Below are positions 9,772-20,000 of a stretch of 64,000 nucleotides of DNA, in pieces. Position numbers and translations under genes: made by a program. Under the pieces are notes generated by a model. That model was not told where the DNA came from and ran no database searches. It saw nothing but the letters and a program-made list of their open reading frames with translations. Source of the stretch: an uncultured bacterium (GTDB lineage: Bacteria; Omnitrophota; Omnitrophia; Omnitrophales; Aquincolibacteriaceae); NCBI GenBank assembly GCA_964562525.1, contig CAZLTL010000006.1:31187-95186 (forward strand), read 5' to 3'. Within the stretch, counting starts at the first letter, position 1. The number at the start of each line of letters is the position of its first letter.

Positions 9772-10857
9772 ATGCTTTATTTTTTGCATCAATTTGCATC
9801 AGAATCGATTGTTTTTAACCTTTTTCGGTACATTACTTTCCGCGCTGCCGCTGCCGCGGTTTGCGCTTTTCTTTTCAGTTTGCTTTGGGGACCGCGCTTA
9901 ATTCAGGATTTAAAAGCCTTGAAAGCGATTGCTAATAACCAGCGCGAACACGCTGAGTCCATTCATCACCTTTATGCTGATAAGAAAAATATTCCGACCA
10001 TGGGTGGCGTGCTGATTGTGCTGAGTGTTCTGTTTTCTACTTTGTTTTGGGCGAATTTAACCAACCTTTATGTTTGGCTTTTGATCGCGGTTTTGATCGG
10101 ATTCGGCTTTGTAGGGTTTCTCGATGATTGGCTGAAACTGCGGTATCAGAATTCTAAGGGGTTGCATGGTCGGCTTAAACTTCTCGGACAAATTTTGACG
10201 GGGCTTTTAATTGCTTGGGTTTTGTATCACTCCGATACTTTTGGACGCATGCTTTACTTTCCATTTTTAAAGCAGCCGATTTTGAATCTTGGAATTTTGT
10301 TTATTCCTTTCGTGATTTTTGTTTTGGTCGGAACTTCCAACGCGCTCAATTTGACGGATGGTTTGGATGGCTTAGCGATTGGATGCGCGTTTTTTACGGC
10401 ATCGACATTCGCGGTATTAGCTTATGTGACAGGCCGCCAAGATTTTACGGCTTATCTTTCAATACCTTATTTACCGGGCGCGGGTGAAATCACCGTTTTT
10501 TGCGCCGCTTTGGCCGGAGCTTGCGCGGGGTTTCTTTGGTATAACGCTTATCCTTGTCAAATTATGATGGGCGATACTGGCTCCCTTTCGCTGGGCGGCG
10601 TCATCGGTACGGTGGCTGTCCTTTTGAAAAAAGAATTTGTACTTGTGATTGTCGGCGGTATTTTTGTTTGGGAAGCCCTTTCCGTGATTATTCAGGTGAC
10701 GAGCTTTAAGCTGACGGGGAAGCGAGTTTTTTTAATGTCGCCGTTTCATCATCATTTGCAGAAATTGGGATGGCCTGAGAATAAAATTGTAATTCGCTTC
10801 TGGATTATTGCTTTTATGCTCGCCATCGTCGGTCTCGCTACGCTGAAAGTCCGATAA
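9772..10857 (+). CDS. mraY: Phospho-N-acetylmuramoyl-pentapeptide transferase
   Basis: Polytopic membrane protein with NLTDGLDGLA and MGDTGSLSLGG motifs and a C-terminal HHHLQ. Confidence 0.96.
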   Translation: MLYFLHQFASESIVFNLFRYITFRAAAAAVCAFLFSLLWGPRLIQDLKALKAIANNQREHAESIHHLYADKKNIPTMGGVLIVLSVLFSTLFWANLTNLYVWLLIAVLIGFGFVGFLDDWLKLRYQNSKGLHGRLKLLGQILTGLLIAWVLYHSDTFGRMLYFPFLKQPILNLGILFIPFVIFVLVGTSNALNLTDGLDGLAIGCAFFTASTFAVLAYVTGRQDFTAYLSIPYLPGAGEITVFCAALAGACAGFLWYNAYPCQIMMGDTGSLSLGGVIGTVAVLLKKEFVLVIVGGIFVWEALSVIIQVTSFKLTGKRVFLMSPFHHHLQKLGWPENKIVIRFWIIAFMLAIVGLATLKVR

Positions 10858-10861
10858 AAAA

Positions 10862-10977
10862 ATCAGAAATCAGAAATCAAAAATCAGAAATCAAAGCCAT
10901 AACTTAGAATTCAAAGATGTTCGAGCATCTAAATGTATTTAATCTATGGTTCTGAGCTCTGATTTCTAAGCTCTAAA
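10862..10977. repeat. Intergenic heptanucleotide tandem-repeat element with an inverted distal arm (mraY-murD spacer)
   Basis: Five tandem heptamers, ATCAGAA ATCAGAA ATCAAAA ATCAGAA ATCAAAG, at 10862-10896. The distal arm TTCTGAGCTCTGAT TTCTAAGCTCTAAA at 10950-10977 has a reverse complement that again reads ...ATCAGAG CTCAGAA. The imperfect dyad is centred near 10920. Confidence 0.8.
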
Positions 10978-10983
10978 CTTATT

Positions 10984-12237
10984 ATGAATAATCTTCCTCC
11001 GGATATCGGAAAAAATGTGGTCGTTCTTGGTTTGGGTGAAAGCGGCTATCAAAGCGCGCTTGAGCTTCAAAAGCTGGGTTTTGATGTTTTTGCCACGGAT
11101 AAATCCGATACGCAAATTTTAAGAGAACGGGTCGATGCTTTGTCACGGAAAGGCGTTCAAGCGGAATGCGGAAAGCATACTTTTGACCGCGTCCAGTCAG
11201 CTGACTGGGTTTTAATTTCTCCCGGTATTCCGCCGCAATCAGAAATTTATCAGGCGCTTTTAAAATGGAAAAAGCCGGTTTACAGCGAAATTGAAGCAGC
11301 CAGTTGGTTTTGCCCTTCAAAAAATATTGTTGCGGTGACGGGCTCATGCGGAAAAACTACCACCGTGACCCTCATTCAAAGAATTTTAAAAGAAGCCGGC
11401 CGTGATGTGGTGTTATGCGGCAATATCGGCAATCCTTGGATCGGAGAATTGTCCAAAATCAAGCCTGAAACTTGGGTCGTTTTGGAAGTCAGTTCTTTTC
11501 AGCTTAAACATTGCCGCAAATTCAAACCCCATATCGGAGTCTTGCTTAATATTCATGCCAACCATCTTGATTGGCATCCTTCTCTTGAAGACTATGCTCA
11601 TTCAAAGTTGAAAATATTTGAAAATTTAGTCAAGCATGACTGGATGCTGCTTCAACAATCAGATGAAAAGCAATATGGTCCGATTCGTTCTTCCTCGACC
11701 AAGCATTATTTAAACCCGGTTGGGCAGGAGAGTTTGCTTGAAAATGCCGCGCGCCAAGTTGCTGAAATTGCGGATATTTCGTTTTCGGTGGTGGAGCATG
11801 TGTTTCGCAACTTTGAAGGGCTTGAGCATCGGCTTGAAAAGTTTTGGGAAAGTGACGGCGTTCAAGCCGTGAATGATTCCAAGTCCACGACACCCGCTTC
11901 GCTCATTTGGGCTTTAGGGCGTTATCCTGATCAGAGTGTGGTCTTGATTACGGGCGGCAGAGTTAAAACGCCCTCTTTCGTGGAGTGTTTGCCCGCGCTT
12001 AAGGCGAAAGCAAAAAAAATTGTTGTGATCGGTGAAGCACAGCCTATGATGCTTCAAGAGTGGGCCGAGCTGAATCCTCATTCCGCCGAGTCGCTTGCCG
12101 CTGCTTGCAAAACCGCATTGGCTTCTGCCCAAAAAGGGGATACGGTCCTTTTTTCACCCGCTTGCTCCAGCTTCGACATGTTCAAAAGCTACATCGACCG
12201 CGGTAATCAGTTTAAATCCCTCATTCGCCAAAGATAA
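10984..12237 (+). CDS. murD: UDP-MurNAc-L-alanine--D-glutamate ligase
   Basis: N-terminal Rossmann VVVLGLGESG and Mur ligase P-loop VTGSCGKTT. Order in the dcw cluster. Confidence 0.94.
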   Translation: MNNLPPDIGKNVVVLGLGESGYQSALELQKLGFDVFATDKSDTQILRERVDALSRKGVQAECGKHTFDRVQSADWVLISPGIPPQSEIYQALLKWKKPVYSEIEAASWFCPSKNIVAVTGSCGKTTTVTLIQRILKEAGRDVVLCGNIGNPWIGELSKIKPETWVVLEVSSFQLKHCRKFKPHIGVLLNIHANHLDWHPSLEDYAHSKLKIFENLVKHDWMLLQQSDEKQYGPIRSSSTKHYLNPVGQESLLENAARQVAEIADISFSVVEHVFRNFEGLEHRLEKFWESDGVQAVNDSKSTTPASLIWALGRYPDQSVVLITGGRVKTPSFVECLPALKAKAKKIVVIGEAQPMMLQEWAELNPHSAESLAAACKTALASAQKGDTVLFSPACSSFDMFKSYIDRGNQFKSLIRQR

Positions 12238-12434
12238 ACTGTTCCTTACTATTCTCAGACCTGTGATCTAGGATCTGAGCCTTCAATGCTATGATTTGCT
12301 ATAAATGCTAGCTGTTGCTATGCACAATGAATAAAAAGTCATTAAAGATAGCTGTAAATATTGTAATTATTTAATCTTCTAGGTAGCTTTCTATAGGAAG
12401 AACAGACTTTCTAATATGAAAAAAAACTAAATTC

Positions 12435-14013
12435 ATGAATAGAGTCCCGAGAATTTACAAGCTAATCGCAGTGTTTACCGCACTTTGCTTAGAGTGCACG
12501 TCCATCTCCATTCCCACTTTGCATGCTCAAACAGTTCCGCAAAATATTCTTTCTGTAAAAAAACTGAATCCTGAGATTCTTAAATTACCGGAAAAGTTTG
12601 GTGAGGTGGTGGAAAGCCATGCGGGAAATGGAAATGTGATTGTGGTGCAGGACGCGCACGCAATTCCGGATGCGCAGAAGAATATCGCGAATGTGATCAA
12701 GTATATGCAGCAAGAGTATGGCGTGGGAACCGTTGCACTTGAAGGTGCGAGCGGCGATCTCGATCCGCAAATCTTCCGCAGTTTTCCTGATAAGAAGCTG
12801 CTGCGAGAAGTGATGAACGGGTACATGAATTCGGGTGAAATCGCGGGCGGTACGGCTGCTGCGATTTTCGACGAAACCACAACGAAGTATGTCGGGGTAG
12901 AAGATTGGGATGTTTATGAAGAAGGTTTGGGGCTTTATCTCTCCGCGATGGATAAGACCGCAGCCATTGAAGCTCAGCTATCTGCTTTGCGTGAAAAGTT
13001 AAACAAGGAAAAAGAAGCGATTTATCCGCGGGCGTTACTTGAAGTTGATCACGAGATCGAAAAGTTTTATGAAAATGCCGCGCAGCTAACGGAACTGATT
13101 AAAGTGTTGGGAGCGATTCAAGCCCCTAAGGCAGGCAGTGAACTTGAAGCGGTGTGGAAGGAAGTTTCGAAAGCCCACAGTCCGGCGACCGGAGGCGAGA
13201 GAAAGGACATAGAGGTTCGTGCTTTAGCAGCGAAGGTCGAAAAGGTGTTAAAGAGCCCAGGGGCGGTGAAAGCGTTTAACAGCCGTAAACAAGAATGGAT
13301 GACAGGTCAGATCAGCGCAGAAGCCTTTGCACTCAATTTGAAAGAGTTTGCTGATCAAAGCGGACTTAATCTTGAGATGTCCTCCGATTTGCTCGGAATG
13401 GTACGAGACCAGCAAACGTTAAAGGGGCTTGAAGGAACCAAGCTGTTTCGGGACTTAGAGATTTATATCCGTGAAGTGAAGATGCAGTTAACGCAAAGAC
13501 AACAGACGGATGTTTCGGTTAGCGGTGTGAATGCTGAGATGTCAGCGATTCGGGCGTTGGATGAACGGACGAATTCACTGCGTGTATTAACGAAGCTATC
13601 AAAACTTGAGTTGTCCCGCCAAGAGTGGACGAATTTATCGGGGAATTTGGTGTTTGAGGCCTTTGCGGCATTGGGATTAAAACAAGAAGACTTTCTGTTC
13701 CACCTCGCTTTTTATCTGAATGCTGAAGAACGCGACCAAATCTTTTTCGATAATCTCAAAGCTTCGGTCACCGGCCTCCGGCCTTCCGTGATTGTGGCCG
13801 GTGGTTTTCACGCGGAAGGAATCACGAGCCGCCTCAAAGAGGCGGGAATGGGCTATGCGCTTGTGATGCCGAAGATCAATCACATTCCTGAAAATAACTC
13901 GTACAAAGCGCAGATGCGCGGGGAAGTGTCGTGGAAAGATTATTTTGAAGTTGAGAACGGTCGCATCCATCTTTACAAGGCGTTTGTGCGCGCAACGCGC
14001 GACAAGCTTGTCG
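12435..14013 (+). other. ORF A head module: signal peptide plus split TraB/TIKI/ChaN-like domain
   Basis: The signal-like N-terminus is [11 protein letters not shown]...[41 protein letters not shown] and [12 protein letters not shown] resemble the GTxH...VE and GxGHxxG motifs of TraB/GumN/TIKI-fold proteins. The same motifs occur in ORFs B and C. Confidence 0.5.
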
Positions 14014-17000
14014 CAGACCGGAGACCGGAGGTCGGAGGGCAGAGTGACTCAGAGCTCCGGACCCCGGACTTAGGCCTATTAAAAGCTTGGCGCGATCAAA
14101 TCATCCGTGATTTATCGGATATGGGGAAGGTGAATCGCGCGGCCTGGTACACACGGTTTATGGATGAAGTGGTGGACGAAAGCCTGAAGCACACCGATGC
14201 CGACAAGCTGATGATCAAAGTCGACAATTTTATCCGCGGTTTGCGCGGACTTGAGAAGAACAATCAAATTGATCAGGCAAATATAGCGGATTTACTCAAG
14301 GCAAGTATGGCGTCACCTGCTGTTACTTCCCCAGCTGTTGTCGGTACCCCGCTGTCGTTTCCGGTTAATCCCGCAAGTGAAGTTACCATGCAAGAAGCAT
14401 GGGCTAGCGTCCGGGAGTCTCTTCCTGTCGCCATAATTAATGCTTCTCCAGCAGATAATACGCAGTTGCAAGAGCAGGTGACGACGATTCAGGCAAATGA
14501 GCCAATTAATTACAGTGGACTCTCAGCTGAGTTTGATGCAGCAGCTATTAAGCAAACGGCCTTACTTAGCAATTTGGTTCGGCGGGTCTCAAGTATTACC
14601 GATGCAGATTTGGAGTATGAGTGGAATGAAATGGGACGACTTCTTCGTTTGGTGAACGGGATGAAAGGAGAGCCCGACCCGCGAGATCCGGAAGCAATTT
14701 TTGGTTCTGAAGAGCGCAATTTTAAACTACCGGTTGCAATGCGTTCCAAAATTGTGCGCAGTTTGAGTGAGCGAATTCAGTTTAAGTTGGCATGGACGCA
14801 TGCTGTAAATACATTTTTGAACGATGCTGAAGGTGTATCCAAGTTGGCAAGCCGGGCTGCCCCTGCATTAAGAGAGAGTAATGATGAGGGCGCGGCTGTT
14901 GAATTTGAAGTTTTGTCTCCTGGACAATTAACGGACGAAGAATTCTACCGTACTCTTTTGGGCGACAACGGAACCGTGAGCAATGGGTTGATTGGTTCGG
15001 GAAATTTAGTAGCAGCTTTTCGACTTGTTACTCAGAAAATGGCCGTCATGATCAAGGCCGGACCCGAAGGAGTTCCCGGTGGATCAAGAGAGCTAATCAA
15101 GCGCGTTCATGCCTTAGATGGAGTCGCTAAAATGATCCGCGATGAAATTACAACAATGCAGCGCTCCGAAGCGCGGGTTAATGAAAATGCGCCGACAGAT
15201 CAGGCGGCACGGGAGGAAGCGCTTGCAACTGATGAGAAGCTGAAAAGGCTTGATGTCACGACTTTCTTTAAAGAGATCCTTAAATCGGAATGGAAGTGGT
15301 TGTTGGTTGGTTTTGTTTTATTAATTTTGAGCACCATGCTCTACGACTTAGTCGCTGTTACTACGGTCGCGCAATTTTTTTTAAAATCTCTGGGGGTGGG
15401 TGTTGGTTTCTCTTGGGGTGCGATTTTGCTGTTCAATCCTTTGACAGTGCTTACCCATGAATTAGGGCATTTTCTAACCTACCGATTAGTTGGCGGTAAA
15501 TCCGATAACACGTTTGGTTTTAATAGGCACTCCTACTTTTTCAATGCAGATGACATATATAAACTCCCCATATGGAAAGTTCGGATTGTGGATATGGGTG
15601 GGCTTGTGATCAACACAGCTATTTTTGCCACAATTGGTCTTATTTCGTATCTTACTTTGGGCGCGACCCCTGTTCTTATTGCTCTCGCTGGACTTCAACT
15701 TGCTGAATTTATAATGGCTTCCGGTGATTATGAGAAATTCTTCAATGCCAGAGGGTATCAGGCTTTGAGCCTTGATATTGCAAAGTTTCAGGAAGAGATC
15801 AAAAATTACAAACCTGAATTTCATGCAGATGGCACGCGAATATCGGCTGAAGCTGATCGCCCTTTGGATGAGCAAACTCAACGCGAAGCACGGGTGGATA
15901 AAACAGAAGAGGCTTTGAGAAGTGGGGCGTTAACAGTTGAAGGGAAAACGGCGGTTTTTGGCCCTCAGGCGAATAAAGATTTTGCGATAGGAGTAAGCCC
16001 GGAAGTTTCATTTGTGGATTTAGATAAAGCCGATTTTGTAACGAAAGCAGAAACATTTCTCTTTCAATCGCTTTTCTTTGCGGCGGCTTTTTTAAAAATC
16101 CCTGTTGGGAAAGAGCAGAAATTAAATACTTACAAGGAAGTATTTGAAGCGCTTCAAAATGCCAAAGCCGCGGTCAAAAATGCCGGTGGCTTAAGCTTGT
16201 ATGCTGCCCAAGAAAAATTAAAAGAAGCCCAAGCTGAAAAAGATGAGTTTGTGGCTGAAGCTCAAAAGAGAGGTTTTGCCGAGTTTTTGCTTCCGGGTGG
16301 AATTCTAAGCCGCCGCATGGAGATTTTTGTTCCCAATGAAAATCAGCGCGAACGGCTTTTAAAGTATTTAACCTTAACTTTTGTAGGGCAAAGTAAGGAA
16401 TCGCTGCTCTCAGACATTCTGAAAGTGCAGCAAAAATTAGGAGTCACTTTTGATCCGGCGGTTCTTGAGCAGCTTTTAGCCGAGTTTGAATCAAAGCGCA
16501 GCTTCATGTTTCCCGGGGGAGTTTTTGCCGGGAAAATGGATGCAGAGATTCAAGATATTTTTGGTCAATTTATTCAGGTGAAAGTTTTAAGTCAAACCCA
16601 AAGTGTTTCAAGCCCCTCAGTTGGAAATATTCAGCTCAATCTTTCAGGTGCGTTGGTTATGGGGGCAGGCCAATCTGAAGTCGCTGTGGATTGGGATCAA
16701 GTTTTACAGTCAGGAGAATTGGCTCCGGCATGGTCTGAAGCTTTTACTGCACAGCTCAAGAAGGCGCTCATCTTTAAAGATGGGAAACTGCGTGTGTTTA
16801 ATCTCGGGACAGGCGACCCCACCCCGTTTAGCCAGAATCAAGATTACACACATATGGCATTTATTGTGAATGGGAAAATGATTGTTACCGATCCGTCCAT
16901 TCGCAGTATTCGTAATCTTGAGCGTTTGGGATTTTTGGAAAAAGTTGAGGCAATTCATCTGACCCATGTTCACTTTGACCATGTAGGTGGCATTTTAGAT

Positions 17001-20000
17001 ATAGCGCGCCGTAAACTCAAAAAATCGGAATCCTTGCCTAAGCTTAAGCTGGTTATGCCGACTGTTGTTGCGCTGCAACTCGAAAGAACTCTTGCTTATA
17101 ACTTTTCCACGATGGCTGATGATTCAAATTATGATTTCAGCCAGCTTGCGCTGGTCAGCGAACTTTTCGATTATCGGGGACCTGAGAAAATCAATAAAAC
17201 GATAGAAATTTCCCAATTACAAGAATCTGCAGAGTTTAAAGGTGTTCAAATTGAACTTGCACCAACGTTTGGACACCCGATTCCAACCTACGGAGTCAAA
17301 TTGATTACTCAAGAGGGTTTGAAGATAGCCTATTTGTCCGATTCAGTGATGCCAACCCCAACGATTAAAGCAGCGGATGGAAAGGCAATCCCTAATCCTC
17401 GATATTCGGAGTTTGTAAGTTACTATGCGGATTCAGATATATTGATTGCTGAAAATGGCGTGCCGGGCGTGCATATTACTCCCGAGCAGCTTGCCGAGGC
17501 TTTCCCTGAGCATATTAATAACGGAACTCTGTTTACTGTTCATTCGTCGGGTCCCCAAGCTCAAAAAGGGTTAATTCGATTTATGCCGGGCATGATCTTG
17601 TCTCCGCTTCAATCGAATCAAAGAAAGCAAGATGTTCAGCAAAGTGCAGCGACGCTCATTGAGAATGAAGCTATTCGAGATTTTTTAAAGTTAAATTTAG
17701 AGTTAGCCCAAGAACTTTCGAGTATGGGAACGAAGGTTTCATTTTCTGAGGGGGAAGTTCTTTTTCAGCAAGGCAACCCGGTTTATGACTTTGATCATGT
17801 TTATATTTCTTTATCCGGCGAAACAATCGTTGAGGGGCCCGGTGCAAAGCGGCTTCCTTCGATTGGAGCTGGGAGATTAATCGGTGAAATGGCGCTTTTG
17901 ACTAAGGCTTTGACGCAAGAACAATATGACCAGATCATGGTAGCCATCGGGAAGGGTAAGGATACGGCAGCGCTCGATTTTTTTGGGAGAGTGACTTACG
18001 ATTTGGTAATCGAAGGGCAGCCTCCTTATCGCATTGTGAATCCAAGTTTTGACTTAGAAATAGAAGCGAAGGAATTGACGGAGGATCAAAAATCAAAGTT
18101 AAAGCCTGTCTTTGATATTGCAAAGTCAGGTAAACCCATTCCGCGATCGGTAACGGTTCGGGCAGGTGCGGGAGCAACTTATTTAGCGATTCCCAAAGAT
18201 GCTTTTTTACAGTTTTTAACACGAATTGATGCGTCAAAAATCGATTCGAGTCGACAAGCATTCATTTCAGCTATTTACGCACAAATTGGCATCAATCTTG
18301 ATTCTCGAAAAAAGATGAGTGAGTTAGCCACTCCCACTCAGAACGAAACAGATGTGGTAAAGGCATCAGCTGATACGTCAGTTCGCTCCGAAGCGCGCGC
18401 GGATGTTGAATGGTTTAACTGGCGCGTGGACAAACAAGGCAATCCAGTTTCGAATGCCGGGCCTATGAGCGAGCTTGTCACTTTGAATGTTGGTGACAGT
18501 ATCTACTTTGAGGTTCCAAAAAATAAGCCGGGTTTGATCGACTATTACTACCAAGTCGGAATGGAGGGCGAGAATTTTACTTTTCAGCGCTATGAACAAA
18601 GCGGGTCTGTTGCTCAACCTGCTGGTAAGAAAATCGAAATTCCCCGATCACTGCAAACGGATAAGGCCGCTAAAAACAGTGATAACTATCTATTTAGTTT
18701 TCAAGTTAATAATGGAAAACTAATGGTGAGTTCAGGCCAGAAATATGGCTTGCTAAAAAGTAAGGTTAAAAAAGACGGAGCGATTGGTGATAGTAAACCG
18801 AGCGTGCGACGAAAAAAATTTGACGATGCCGCTCGGTCTTATCGTGAAGCATTATCAAAAACAGATTTCCCCAGGTTGAGAAGTTTGTCAGCTGAATTAG
18901 ATGAAAAAATGGACGAAATTTTGGGGGTGGCTACGAATGGTTTATTTCTAATACCGCTTGGTTGGCTTGAAGGACGAATCAAAGAAATGGATGCGGGGTT
19001 GCGTCGAATTGAGAGACATGAGTTATCGGGTCAGGGTAAAGAAGCTTTGGGCTGGGCGATGCAGGTGCTGACGGAACAAATCAATCATTTTCGAAATTCT
19101 GTTGTTGCTGTTAATTTAGAACTCAATCTTTTGACCCAAGGAGAGAAAATTAATTACGATGTTTTTAGTGAGTTGATAGAGAGCTTTCTTCAAACCAACA
19201 GCTTATTTGCATTATCTCAAGAGTTGAATGTTCGCATGCAGTCCTACCCTGAGACAATTGAGTTCAGTTTAAAAAATGTCGATGCCGATTCAAAGATTTC
19301 TGCGCTTAAAAGGCGAATTTTCGATTATGGGCAAGCAACGGCTACTTTGACGCGTCTTGAAGACGCTCGAATATTTTTTGAGAACAGCTGGAAATTGTAT
19401 GATGATCTTGTTGGGTTGATTCAGCAAATGGCATTAGAAATTCAAAGACGTGATGAAACCGAAATGACGATTGAAAGAGGTGCTGAGGCAGCAAAAGAAC
19501 AGCGCAATCAGCTTTGGCGGAGTATTGATTATTATGAAGTGCTAGGTGTTTCTCGAGATGCTTCTCTAGGGGACATAAAAAATGCTTATCGCAGTTTAGT
19601 TCGCGCGGGTAATCATCCGGATAAGGTCGCAGGCGACTCTGCTACGCTAAAAGCAGCTGAAGAGAGATTTAAAGAAATAGGACCGGCATATGAGGTCTTA
19701 AGTAATGAAGTAGACCGCGCTGAATATGACAAAATTCATTTTGCCCGTTCCGAAGCTCGTTCGGTAGACTCAGGGCAAGCGCGGGACTCGTATGAGCGCT
19801 ACAAGCTTTTATCAGGGACTTTGGCAGATTTACCTGACCCTGTATTTGTCAACGATGGGGAAACGATTACTTTGCGGATTCCGCATGATGAAGTCGAAGG
19901 TAGTCAGCCCGAGCTTGATCTTTTGGTTGTATTCAAAAAATTTAATGGGAAGGTGTTTTTTGCCCACCTAGATTCATTTTCAGACTTATCAATGCTTGAT

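Noticed and set aside
10862-10896. Short direct-repeat arrays as possible CRISPR arrays.
   Set aside because: The units are 7 nt and directly abut with no spacers. No cas genes are present. This is a microsatellite-type tandem repeat, not a CRISPR array.
12416-12430. A mini-ORF, ATG AAA AAA AAC TAA, 4 nt upstream of the ORF A start, as a possible regulatory leader peptide.
   Set aside because: It is only 4 codons long in an A-rich stretch, with no RBS and no associated attenuator structure. The evidence is insufficient.
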